Below, piece after piece: positions 13,366-25,198 of a stretch of 64,000 nucleotides of DNA. The stretch covers positions 248,001 to 312,000 of the forward strand of contig NW_021835993.1 in the NCBI RefSeq assembly GCF_006345805.1, in the 5' to 3' direction. The position numbers and the translations under genes are program-made. The DNA is from Octopus sinensis (taxonomy: Eukaryota). The notes under the pieces were generated by a model. The model worked only from the letters and a program-made list of their open reading frames with translations. It did no database searches and was not told the DNA's origin. The first letter of the stretch is position 1; each line of letters opens with the position of its first letter.

Positions 13366-14574
13366 TTAATAACAATCCAAGACTAGATAAGTAGAATAGA
13401 GAAGGCATCCATTATGTACTGGGCGTGAAGGAGGACACACAACCTGCTGGTACCCCACCCGTGACTTTGTCCCCAACTGGGAGGGCCACTTGGAGAACAC
13501 ATCCCAACAGTCCATTACGATCTTCCTAATCAGACAGAACTGATCCAGTTTGACACTATTCCGTAGCACAGTGGCACAGAAGGCGGAGTAGTCGTGTGAA
13601 CTGGAATGAGACGGGAGGAATACAGATGGTAGCCCAGGGCAGTCCTCAACTCACCTGCATTGAGCACTACTCTGTCGGTCGAGTTGGCCGAGAAGAGGGT
13701 GACACATTCTGACACGTATTGCTTCAGTCGGACAAAGTCCTGCATGTTCAATTGGTCAGGACTTGGCTCGTGGGGAGTGAGGGATACCTGTGAGTGCAGA
13801 ATCGCTTTACGAGTATCCGACATACACGCTCGTCGAATGGACGCTTGTCTGAGTTGACGAGTGCGCTCTGCAATTCTTGGACGGATATCAATCCCGATCG
13901 GTTCACGTCGATCGACTGCATGTGGACAAATAACCAATACAGTGAACCACGCCTCATAGGAGTCCTGGGAGTGTGAGGAGGCGGGATAGGCAGTCGGACC
14001 CCCCATGTAGTTCTGTTGAGGGTTTGGAAAGTTTGAGGTGGGATAGGCAGGCGGTCCTCCCATGTAGTTCTGTTGGGGGTTTGGAAAGTTCGAGGTATTT
14101 AGAGGATTAGATGTAGAATAGGCAGATGGACCTCCCATGTAGTTTTGTTGGGGGTTTGTTAAGTTCGAGGTATTTAGAGGATTAGATGTAGAATAGGCAG
14201 ATGGACCTCCCATGTAGTTTTGTTGGGGATTTGGCAGGTTCGAGTTGGGATAGGCAGGCGGGCCTCCCATGTAGTTCGGTTGTGGGTTTGGGAGGTTTGA
14301 GGTAGAATAAGCAGATAGACCTGGAATGTAATTCTGTTGGGGGTTTGGGCAGTATGACTGGTTGGGGTTCTGGAATTGTCCGGAAAACTGTCCGTGCGGG
14401 GAAGGGGGCTGGTATGGGTAGTTATGCGGATTTGCTATAACTTAATTGCAAATGACTACATGTGTTGGGGTTGTCGTAGGCAAAGTTGTAGGGCTGAGTA
14501 GAGCGGGGGAGTGAGTTGGGATTTCCACTTTGATTCCATTGGTTATCGTACGGGCCACCACCAGGATTATTCAT
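13366..14574 (-). CDS. PEF1: Penta-EF-hand protein, peflin-like, with Pro/Asn/Tyr-rich N-terminal repeats
   Basis: Starts MNNPGGGPYDNQW; EF-hand IDVNRSGLISVQELQSALVN; later NAGELRTALGY; long repeat N-terminus as in peflin. Confidence 0.7.
13990..14345 (-). repeat. Coding tandem repeat, 54- and 78-bp units
   Basis: About six units of NPQQNYMGGPxAYxTSN(PLNTSN)xP; plus-strand anchor CCCATGTAGTT recurs. Confidence 0.9.
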
Positions 14575-14649
14575 TGATATTTTAATAGATTTGATTTAAA
14601 TACACTTAATCATATCCAAACATCCAGGTGAAATAATTCGACAGAAAAA

Positions 14650-14995
14650 CGAGGGTTGCAATTAATGAGAACTTTATGGAGGCGCAGTTTGCCAAATTCA
14701 CAATTTTTCCTCCGTCGCCTAATGAGGGAGCTCTTGAAGCTACAAGAAGGCCTTTAAAAGCAGCCGAAGCTAAAAGGATACGCCAATAAATACGGGCCAT
14801 ATATCTGGAGGCATTTCCTTAGATCAGGAAACCTTCCATACAGCCCTGGGACTCTCTCCACACTCAAGTCGAAACATTCGAGGACATTTTTATCCGCCTA
14901 ATATCATTCCATTGGGGGCTCTCCAGCACCTCCTGAGGTTTGGAGAGGCTAAGAAGTGTGCACGTCCGTGGTCTGATGTTTAGGGCCGCAGGGAA
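14650..14995 (+). mobile_element. Decayed CRE-like fragment (region upstream of RT)
   Basis: GHISGG, LPYSPGTLSTLKSKH and ggtctgatgtttagggccgcag (an eroded GPDGLRPQ) parallel the fragment at 38290. Confidence 0.4.
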
Positions 14996-15721
14996 AACTT
15001 AATATGATCGTCAAAATATTTAATGGTATGCCCTTTCGCCTGGGATCTGATTTTTACTCATTATTCGCAACAAATATTCTGCCAAGTATTTTTTCTCAGA
15101 AATTTCGGTCTGAATAACTAAAAAAACTTTCAATTTTCAAAGAACATACTCGACATAGAATGATCCTAATCCTCTTTCTTCTTGATAAGTATTTCTTGCA
15201 GGTCGAAGATGTATTTGACGTTCCATTAATTTGGATCGAATTATTCTATCAACTACTGAAACAAAATAGCAAGAGGATTTGAAGATAAGAATTTCTTTTG
15301 CCACTTAAGGATATTTGGGTAATAATAGACAACTAAGTGGATCCATTGTCTAAATAGAGATAAACTATTAACCTACTCTATTCAGAATTTGCCAAAACTT
15401 TATTGGCAGGTTCAACGGTCTTGTTTAAGTCAATCCAAACAGCAAACAACCATAATTCGTCATTTGATGCATAACAAAATCTCTTAGTCTCCATTCCATT
15501 GTATCCACAGAATCAGTAGAGGAAAGGAATTGTTGAAAAAAGTGGTGTTGGCATTGTGGCTGAGTTTTCAAAACCATAATAAATCTGGACAAGTCCTGTC
15601 TTTTTATGGGTTTTATTGTATTTAGTGATGCAGTCGAGGAATGGGGATTGAGGAACACCACGACTAAATTTAATAAAATTATATTTTGATAGTGATTGAG
15701 TGATTGGTGAACGAATGGATT

Positions 15722-15735
15722 GTTGCTATAGCAAC
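15722..15735. promoter_or_regulatory. RFX X-box motif
   Basis: Perfect palindrome GTTGCTATAGCAAC ending 6 nt before the ARL3 ATG. Confidence 0.7.
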
Positions 15736-15741
15736 GTTATT

Positions 15742-16400
15742 ATGGTTGACTGAATGGTTGTCATTGCAGGGATTGATGAATTTTTTGACTCGATTCAGTT
15801 TCGGAAGAAAAAAGAATCTCAAGATTCTAATGCTGGGACTCGACAACGCAGGAAAGACAACAATTCTCAAGACACTCGTCCTGGAAGACATTTCCACGAC
15901 CTGTCCGACTCTGGTGGGTGGTCGCAGTCTGATTGCAGGGGTTCAACATCAAGCACGTGAAACAGAAAGGACTCAACATGACGGTGTGGGACATTGGGGG
16001 ACAGAGGAAGATTCGGCCGTATTGGCGGAACTATTTGGAGAACACGGATGTGATGGTGCAGTTGGGGGGTCATTGTAGATATACGTCATCGACAGCACTG
16101 ACCGGAAGAGACTGGAGGAGAGTGGTTATGTAAGTCCCCGACTGATTCCAGGAGTTGTTCGAAATCCTGGACGAGCAGATGCTGAGGAATGTGCCTGTGC
16201 TGGTGTTCTGCAATAAACAGGATCTGGTGACTGCGTGCCAGACTGACGAGATTGTGAGGTCGCTCAGTCTGTGCAACCTGAAAGGGCATGCCTGGCAAGT
16301 CCAGCCTTGTTCTGCCAAAGCAAACGAGGGTTTAAAGGTAGTCCCCGATTAGTGTCTGTAGGAGGGGTTTGACTGGATTCTCCAGGTCATGAAGAGGTGA
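15742..16400 (+). CDS. ARL3: ADP-ribosylation factor-like GTPase 3
   Basis: Five introns (25, 25, 23, 22, 24 nt); [30 protein letters not shown]. Confidence 0.92.
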
Positions 16401-16497
16401 CTCAAATAAATATTCTACTTATTTTTTAATTAACGGCCGAATCATGAGTACTGGTGGCCATTTAAAGACAAACTCATTAAGCCATAAATAAATCCAA

Positions 16498-18371
16498 TTA
16501 GGCAACCTTAACTTGGGTATCAGTATAAACCACTGCCTCAAACACCCACTTTTGTGAACCGTCCCCCGAACAGTCCGACAATTTGACCTCGAATTCCCCA
16601 TCCTTGGCAAGACATCGAACTTTGGTCCCTTCAACATATTTCAGCAAGTGAGTCCCCTTGGAATAGAACAGGAGCGACAGACTGAGTCATAACTCCACGG
16701 CCCTTCCCCGAAGTATTGATAGTCCAGTCGCATGACGGCGTCGTCCTGGGAGTACAGTCCCCTCTCCGACACCCCAATGTGTCCTCTCGAGTCCAGTCGG
16801 AAATACTACCACCTCCCTCAGCCAGTCAACCATGTTCATGCAGGGCAGTTCAGGACAGCGGGCGAGACTGACACGACTGTTGACATCCTCATTGCCCGAA
16901 GTGAGACACAATGTCGAGTCCACCAACCGAATCTGAGGAGTCAGACTAAGTGCACACATTTCCGAAATGGATGTTCTCATGAGGGTACGGGTAGCTGTCC
17001 AGTAAGAAAGGGGCCACGTCTTTCATAAACCAGGAGAAGGATTTGCACTGCAGTCGATTCTTCAATGCAATCTGGTCCCTCACATCCACACTGAACCCAT
17101 CCAATTCGGGATGTCGTCGATAAAAGTATTTCCTGTGCTCCTCATCAAACCAGGTGTCGACCACACGTTTGTGATTCTGTGTGTTCTATAAAGTTCTCGA
17201 ATACTCCACCAGGTCAGACAAAGGGACTTGAGAAGTGTATTTGCTACTCGCCGTGGATCGTCCAGGACCGCGGTAAACGTGACCAATGCGGGAACAGGGA
17301 ACCCACAACACAGCCCCATGACACATCCACACTTTGAAGGACAGTTCGTATTGCTCTCCTCCCCAGACAAGCAGTCCCTGGTCATAGTACCCCAATTCTT
17401 TAAAGAAGTGTCGATCAATTGCCAACAACCCCCCTGCATGGGTGGGAGAATGGTATGGCTCGCTTGACAGTTTTCCTTTCTGGAGGGGCAGATTGGCCTC
17501 CTTGTAGAAGAATCCCCACTCAAATATGCCCACGGGATTGTCACGGGAGGAGTAGACAGAAGAATACTCGAACGTGGCCCAGTCAATCCCATCGATGACA
17601 GGCACAGCAATCGCCCGACTGAATGTCATTCTCGATTATACCTGTTCTCCTTTATTACCGAAAGAAGAGGTGGCAGCCAGTTTGTGTTGACTTCGCAGTG
17701 AGCATCCAGGAAGATGACGACCTCCCCCAAGGCAGCCTTCGCTCCCCTCGTCCTCGCTGCGATTAGTCCCTCATTCTCCTTGTTTCGAATCATCCGCACG
17801 AGTCCTCCATACTCCAACACCTTCAGTTGGAAACTAGTCACCAAAGCCTCTAAATAATCGAATTATGCACACGACCGTCGGATGTTCCGTCGTCCACCAA
17901 AATGACTTCTTTCAGCAAATTGGGAGGGCTTCTGTCGATGATGGAAGTCACTGTTCTGAACACCACAGAGAGCGACTCGTAATAAAACACCAGAATGACT
18001 GAAGCTGTGGGCAACTCTTCCGGGTAGTCCCAGAATTTGCATCTGTGAATGAATATACATTCGTACTCCTCATTCCGCGTGTCCAATATTGTTCTGTTTA
18101 GAGCAATCATTCTACTTATCTCGTCCTTGTAGCCAAATGGATAGGAGGGGGCCTCCGGGTTCGTCTTAACCCCTCTCCCATTCTCCCCCGGGCCACTTTG
18201 AAATGCAATTTCCTGCGGTTCGTAGTTGCCATACACACCATGGTGGTAGGCTGGTGATAGGACTGGGTGGGTCGAGTGTCTGAGAAGTGTCAGACAAAAG
18301 ACGGCCACAACTGATAGTATCACGATTGATATCTTTTTTCGGAAGCTCAGGAAACCAAACACACGAAACAT
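16498..18371 (-). CDS. GALNT7: Polypeptide N-acetylgalactosaminyltransferase, GALNT7-like
   Basis: N-terminal [40 protein letters not shown]-terminal ricin lectin ending QKWVF. Confidence 0.88.
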
Positions 18372-18436
18372 TGATAACAAATTTAAATACTTGTCCAACT
18401 AAATAAATTAATAAATCAAAATACTCTCAACGTAGA

Positions 18437-18690
18437 TGACTCAATCAGAACGTAAGAATTGTAATATAATAGAAAGTATGTGGATTGAGTAGAACGTGGG
18501 TTGATTGACATATCCGTGTCAGCAGAATGGAGTCAATAAAAAGACTTTAACGGAGGAGGTGGACAATAAACTGACTCTAAGAAGTGCACAGGAAGATTCA
18601 ATTGGATGTCTTTGTTAGCCCTTGTGATGAGGGAATACCTGCAAGAGTAGACCGCTCTTTACGTTTCTCCTTTTATAATTCTTAATTTTA
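18437..18690 (+). CDS. Possible small multi-exon orphan gene
   Basis: Three micro-intron-like GT-AG segments, one with a CTGAC branch-like motif; several splicing solutions give 40-60 aa with no recognisable homology. Confidence 0.3.
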
Positions 18691-18695
18691 CAAAC

Positions 18696-18735
18696 CAGGT
18701 TCTCAACCATTTTTGGCTCAAGGGCCAGATCGATC
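18696..18735 (+). mobile_element. Solo hAT-like terminal remnant
   Basis: CAGGTTCTCAACC...GGCTCAAGGGCCAGAT resembles hAT (Charlie-type) terminal sequence; no partner found. Confidence 0.35.
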
Positions 18736-19148
18736 ATTTTTTCAAAAATAACGACTTGAATCGAGAGGCAGTCTCCGTGGAGAATTGAGACCGAGACGCC
18801 TGGAAGAGAATCGATACTTAAGAGTACAAAAATATTTTATTAATTCGTGTACGAATATCAAGAATCAGATCAGGCCAACATCCCCTCCTCACTCCCAGAT
18901 GACCTCTTTCCATTCCCTAAGCAATCTCAGTCGTCTCATCGCACTTCGTGACCTTTACTTGCTGTTGATTTTTTTAAATAGGAAAACCGGGGATCAACTA
19001 ACTAACTAAACGTTCCCCAATAAGGACAATGACATGAATTCGTGAAACAAGATCAATTATGGGGCTAATCAAATGATATAAACTACATGTTTAACAATCG
19101 CAATATAATCCACTGCTATTTGTGAATTTACTTATAACACGAAGCATA

Positions 19149-20130
19149 TTAGACAAGCATATCAGCAAAAAAGTCATCAAACTCCTCCTCCCTAAACGTG
19201 GACAGACACCCCAACCTCGTCTTGTCGTCCGTCAGTACGAGTGGGCCACGCCAAATGGAGTTGTCCTCCTCGGGCTCACGTTCCTCGACTGCCTTCACTT
19301 GTTCTGGCTCACTGGCGGGTTCCTCCTTGACTTGTGGTCTGATGACTTGTCGGTGCTTTCGGTGGTAGTTCAACAACTCCGAACAGTCGACGCACAGTCC
19401 TGTGGACATTACCCAACATGTCACTCAGTTTGATCAATGCCTGCTTCTGAACGGCCTCCTCCGTGTAGACAAAGTTGACTTCCCAACTGCGAAGTCCATC
19501 CTGGCGAGTACATCGAAGTGACCCGCATATGAACTGTCCTTGAAGTACAAGAGGGGAGGATACCCTTCCCGTCGATGACCTCCGCCTCCGTCCTCCACCT
19601 CATCCCGATCTACCGTCACCCACCCCTCTCACTTTGTTGTGCTTGTAGTGCTTCAGGTTGGCCAGACAGTACTCGTGGTATAACTTGTCGTAGTACTTCT
19701 TGGCTAGTTTCTTTCCCCTGGGAGTATAAACAGACAACCAACCAAGTATCCACTGCCTCGTCCTCGTCCCACAAAAACTTGTGATTTTCCTTAATTGTGT
19801 CCAAATCCGACTTGAAGGCCCCCACTCTACACGTCAGGCCAATTCCTACTCCTTTCGCTGATAGGGGCCCAGTGTCCCTCCGTGGTAACGAAAGTAGTCA
19901 TTCACGAGTTGTTTGTGTCGGGAATACTGGGAATGATGGTGAGGCATTACAGCATCCATGCTCATGTATTTCGCACGAATCCCCTTCGCAGGTCTGAGTT
20001 GGTCATCGACGAGATACCTTTCTAAGTCGACGGCTTGCGTCCGCCGTTTTCTTCCAAAGTCGTCCACCAAGTCTGCCTTTCGTCTAATTGTGTATTTTAT
20101 TTGCTACTTTGATTTATTCGTTGAATCCAT
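19149..20130 (-). CDS. FRA10AC1: FRA10AC1 spliceosome-associated protein
   Basis: YSRHKQLVNDY, SDLDTIKENHKFLW, RWRTEAEVIDGKG and terminal EFDDFFADMLV*. Confidence 0.92.
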
Positions 20131-20714
20131 TTCCTTTAAAGTTGAATTAAACTTGCATGCTACCCAACAAAACACTTTTTGAATATTAATTATTATATTT
20201 TTAATACTCCTCTCATTTATTAGAATTACAAATATTGTTATTTATAAAGAATGAAAAAACAAACGATCTTCTGAGGGAACTATCGGGGAACAGAGGGAAT
20301 TAGAAGGGATTGATAAAAAATATTCGGGAAGGGTGGCACATGTGAGGTAACTTTACTAACGTTGTTTTGCGGTGTGTTTATTAATAATAGTGTCGGAGAG
20401 GCCGACGAATACCTCAAAAGTCGATAAAGTCAACTCAAAAATAAATAATTATTTTTTCATAAAAATATTAGAAATACAATTTCAAAGTTTTTTAGGTCAA
20501 CTTTGTCAATTTTTGTGTCATTTTTTAATTTTCCGTCTTAATATTTTTAAAAAATATAAATATCAAATTTTGAGCCGCACCGACTTATTTTATTGTTGTT
20601 ATGTTTTCTAAGTCGAAAAAATGGTACTTTTTGTAATAAATAATGAAAAATAATTAAAATCTATTGTTTATACGTCAAGATTTATACATTGACTAAAATT
20701 GTAGATTACCCTAA

Positions 20715-21200
20715 ATCCTACTGAAGCATTTGTATCAGCAAATATTTCCTTGTATGAACTAAGGAATACTGGGTTAATCAATTTTTTCAATACTCAGAAT
20801 TCAAATGTCGAAATAATGTCAAAATTTTGGTAGAACGACGTGTCGATGAGATAATCAGCTTGTTAATTAACGAAAAGATGTTCTTATTTGTGAATATATT
20901 CTTACTGGGAAAATAACGGATACTCAAATCAACTAAACCTTATCCCCTAAAACGGAAACCATATTGATTCGGAGAGCAATGAAATCAATTAAAAATAAAG
21001 GACTTTTTAATGATTTAAAGGAGATATGGAATAAATATTCCCCACTCGTTGATGTTCTTAGTGAAATTGACTCGATTTAAAAGAAGATACATGTAAAATA
21101 AATGAATATAACGAGAAGAGATTGAACTCGAATGAAATTCTAAAAATTGTCAACGGAGATGGAATTTTTTAGCCTTTGGAAAAGTTTAAACTACTCCAGT
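20715..21200 (+). mobile_element. Decayed CGGBP1/hAT-like transposase remnant
   Basis: TEAFVSANISLYELRNTGLINFF resembles the AFxxANIPLxKL motif of this transposase group; embedded in AT-rich DNA. Confidence 0.45.
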
Positions 21201-21367
21201 GTCAGGCTACTGGGTGTTCGGTGGAGCCCTTGTTTTAAGTTTTTCATACAATTTTGGCCAAAGACCAAAATTTTAAAACTGAAAAAGTCAAATATTATAT
21301 GATTGTATATAATTGTTGTTTCTAGAAAAAATTATTGCTTAAAATTTATCTGTAAAACTTCTTTTTA

Positions 21368-21499
21368 TGATCAAACTGAGTGACATGCTGGGTAATGTCA
21401 CCAGGACTGTGCGTCGACTGTTCGGAGTTGTTGAACTACCACCGAAAGTCAAGGAGGAACCCGCCAGTGAGCCAGACCAGGTGAAGGCCGCCGAGGAAC
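21368..21499 (+). pseudogene. Inverted partial copy of FRA10AC1
   Basis: Near-identical to the reverse complement of 19280-19436, retains a 25-nt intron and carries a 25-nt deletion. Confidence 0.92.
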
Positions 21500-21799
21500 A
21501 TTTTGGTCAACTTTCCTCTTTTTGAATCAATTTTGTTGACTTAATGGAGGTCAATTTTTGCTTTTCAGGACAACTTTGTGGTTGCCCTACTTATAAAATT
21601 TGAGCTAAAATGTTGTGTGATTCATTACCAAGTCAAATAAACAGGTGAACCAACCTAACCTAAGACAGAGGGACGGTTTTCCCGTGTGGTTGTGACCAAG
21701 AGTGATAGCGAGGGTTATCAACTGGACTGATATATCAACCACTTTTTGATAGCCCGGGGGTGACGCCATTAGTAAAATTAAAGTCCAATTAGTAATAGT

Positions 21800-23781
21800 T
21801 TAATTTCCACTGAAATGTGTGGAAATGTCCCTGAAGCATCTGGAAATCTTGTGGAGAATATGAATTGCCGAGTCGAGAGATTCAATGTTTTTGGAGGCAA
21901 TCATTTTGTTGACCAGTTGCCCAAACGCTCGAATTTCTAAAATAGGGAGAACTGGAGAACGAGAGGCGGCGATGGACATATCCGTGGTTATCCCCGAGTT
22001 CTCCTGCTCAGTGTAATTGACGAACTCTCCAATCAGTGATAAACAGCAGTTTGCTCGCTGGTAGGCATATCCACAAGTCTTGATGATTGCGATGGGCGAG
22101 TCTCTTTTCTCGAAATGACGTGTCACCTCCTCCAACTGTGAGGCTGCGACTAAATCTGGGAGGCCAACCACAGACGGACAGGAACTGGGCAAAGTCGAGA
22201 GCGTCGAGTCCCAGGGTAACTGAATAGCGGAATTGGTTTCGCCAGAGTTGTACTGCTTTGGTCATTTCCTCTGATTTGCCACAAGACAGGACATTCTCCA
22301 TGAGGACTTCCAACGAGCCAATCGACCGAATCAGTTTGAGGGCGACTGGGAGTGAGGACAGGTGGCCAACCGTCCTTCTTTGTGCTGGTGATGGCCAGGA
22401 AGTAGAGGGCGTTGAGGAGTTCTTTATTGAGAAGTCTGACGGAAGTGGATTGTGAGTCCCAGTCTTCTTCCTACCATCCAAACACACCACCACCGATTTC
22501 AACAACTGGTCGACTTGTTCCACTGGCTGGGGAATGCGGAAGACCAGGTCCACCATTTTGTGGCAGGTAAGGAGTGAGAGGTTGTCGCGGAGTGTGGAGA
22601 AGAGGGTGTAGAGGGTGTTGAGGGACTTGATGCTGGGGGTGAGGACGAGAGCCAACCTGATGAACTCGTCCTTGGCCTGGAGAGAGGAGTAGGTGGAGGA
22701 CTTGACGACCTGCGTGATTGAATAATGGCACTTGTTGGCATGTGTGGAGAATAGTCAGTCTGAGTGTGTCATCTGTGCACTGACTGGTCATGAAGATGGT
22801 GATGGGGACTGTCCGCTCGATTATTTCCCGTAGTTGGAGTGACTTGACCATGTAGGACGCCGACTCGTTCATGGAGACAATCTCCCTCAACTGCAGTCAG
22901 CCACTCACCCCACCTTTTCGTGACACTGACTGAAGATGGCCGCATTCCGTGGACAGTAGTCGTTGTAGTAGTGCTTGTGCTTGTACGACAGGGCCAACTG
23001 TCGCAGATTCTTCTTCATTTTGGCCAATATCAAATCCACGTGACCCTGACATGTCGGACGAGTATTACTTGACATGTGTCGTCGAAAGGGGATAGGGTTG
23101 TGTAGTTGGACACACTGTTCATCAGTTGGATGATTCCCGCCAGAATATTTGATATTTTGGCAGACTGGTTGATCGAGAGGAGTTCCTTCTGTCGAGTCTC
23201 GGCATCCCGAATGACCTGCATGATCATTTCCTTGAATTCCTAGACGTCGCCCAAGTCCCTTGCCTCGAAGGACGCCCTGCAGAACTTGCCCCCCAACAGA
23301 CTCCGCTGAATGAGTGCCGAACTGTGAGCACAGCGCAGTGCAAACACTCTGCACTTCTTGTCGTCCATAAGCAGGAGGATCTACCAATCACGACACCCCC
23401 AACGTGTGATATCGATATTACAATCTTCTTGTTTATCTCAAACAGTCTTCCAATGTCCAACTCCGACGTGTTCGTGGACAGTCCCTCCAACAGGGAGTCC
23501 AATATTCGGCATGCCTTCGACGTCTCCTCTGCCAGAATCTGCGAATGACCCATATGGACGACCGGGTCTGCTTTCGAGGTGTCGACAAGTGCGATTTCGG
23601 TTATTTTTTTAGCCGACTGGATGATGGAGTAGAAAGCCGATGCCTCTGTGCCTGCTTTTCCGCTTTTGCTGTCAAAAGTCTTGATCCAGAATTCGCACAT
23701 CTGGAATGTTGGATTAAATACTTTCATATAAATTGGGTCGACAATTTTTTGGAGGGTCTTCAGTTCGTAGCCGCAGTCCAT
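21800..23781 (-). CDS. Large multi-exon gene of unknown function
   Basis: Consecutive helical-looking minus-strand ORF segments separated by micro-introns; no family recognised; start uncertain. Confidence 0.6.
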
Positions 23782-24482
23782 TGCTCTACATTGGAGTAGT
23801 CAGGGGAGGAGGGCAGCCAGTAAAATAATATATTTGCAGCATTTAAACATACCCGATTACCAAGTTCTGAGTTTAAATAAATGTATTTCATTTTGGGCCA
23901 TATAAATAATTAACTAACAAATTAAATAAATATAAATTAACAAATAAATGTTCCATAATCCTTGTTTATAGCAGATCGTGATGTATTAGCTTAAAGTAAA
24001 TAGGATCAGAGCAAAGGAGACCTGAATGTAGAGAGAATTCAACTTTGGAGTAGTTGGTCTATTCTCAACCATCGTCATGGATACAGAAAATCGAATTTGA
24101 CAAGGTGGCGAGTGCACTACTATTCAGAGAGAGAACAATGGCGAGTATTTGCTCGTCCAGCAGCCTTAAATAGTCCCCCACTTATTCGATTGATTGGGAG
24201 AGGAGTGTTCTAAATAGTGGGTTTTATTTCTATAAAGTAGGGCATGTATGCGGAAAGTTGCGGGGTGGAGTTGGCCTGTTCTGTTCTCGCATAGATCATT
24301 GGCATATTCGTGAATAATCAGCTAATTGGGTTCGTCAACAGAAACCCCTCAACAGCCACCACAAGACCAGTCCTCCGGCAATCTGAGGACCAACTAAATC
24401 AAGGAAACTAGCCAATCCCCCTAATGGTACCCCAAAGTAGTACTCGACATGCTTAACATCTCGGATTATATATTAGAATTTG

Positions 24483-25110
24483 TTATTTTCTTAAAGATTT
24501 AATAAAATTGGAGATTTTCTTTTCGCCCATTTTTATGTCGTTGGCGACAGTGCCCAGCACGCCGGCCTATGAATGCAGCAGACGACCAACCTCCGACTTT
24601 TCTGCCTTGTCGTTGTCGGCGATCCTTTTGAGGATTTCAGTTTTGGATATCTCGAGGACGAGTCCGCCCATTACAATTTCGTTGAGAACTTGATGGACCT
24701 GCCAATGAGACACAAGCGAGGACAGTATCGACGTGGAAGACCAAGTCGAGTTCACACACATTGGTGAAGAGGGCGTCCAGAATTTCGACAAACACTTGAA
24801 TTAGGTCGATTATGGCGAGAGGGCTTTCGAGTGAGTCAATGTAGAACACAAAGTGGAGAGTGGCATATGTCCTGTACACCAGAATGCCGTCCTTGCCGCA
24901 CAGTCTGGCAATGAGAGAGCACTTACTTTCCCCCCTCCACGAACGAGCAGTCCTCGGGAGTCCGGCCAGTGATGAGTATGTACGTGTCCTCTACTAACTC
25001 CCGCTGTTCTCGCTCAGACTGGCTAATCAGTGCATGTTTACGTAGTGCTCGTAGAATTTGGTCAGACGAGGTTTCCCACTTCGGTTGAACACGAGAACTG
25101 CCTTAATCAT
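24483..25110 (-). CDS. AP3S1: AP-3 complex sigma subunit
   Basis: MIKAVLVFNRSGKPRLTKFY, YRTYATLHFVF, NVCELDLVFH, EIVMGGLVLE, EKSEAG. Confidence 0.92.
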
Positions 25111-25198
25111 TCGACTAATTAATTCTATTTTATTCAAACAGTCCTTTAATACATTGTTCAAAAATACACTACAATCCAATATAAAGACATTAGCGGTT

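Noticed and set aside
13990-14345. CRISPR-like array
   Set aside because: It is a coding tandem repeat without unique spacers in a eukaryotic gene.
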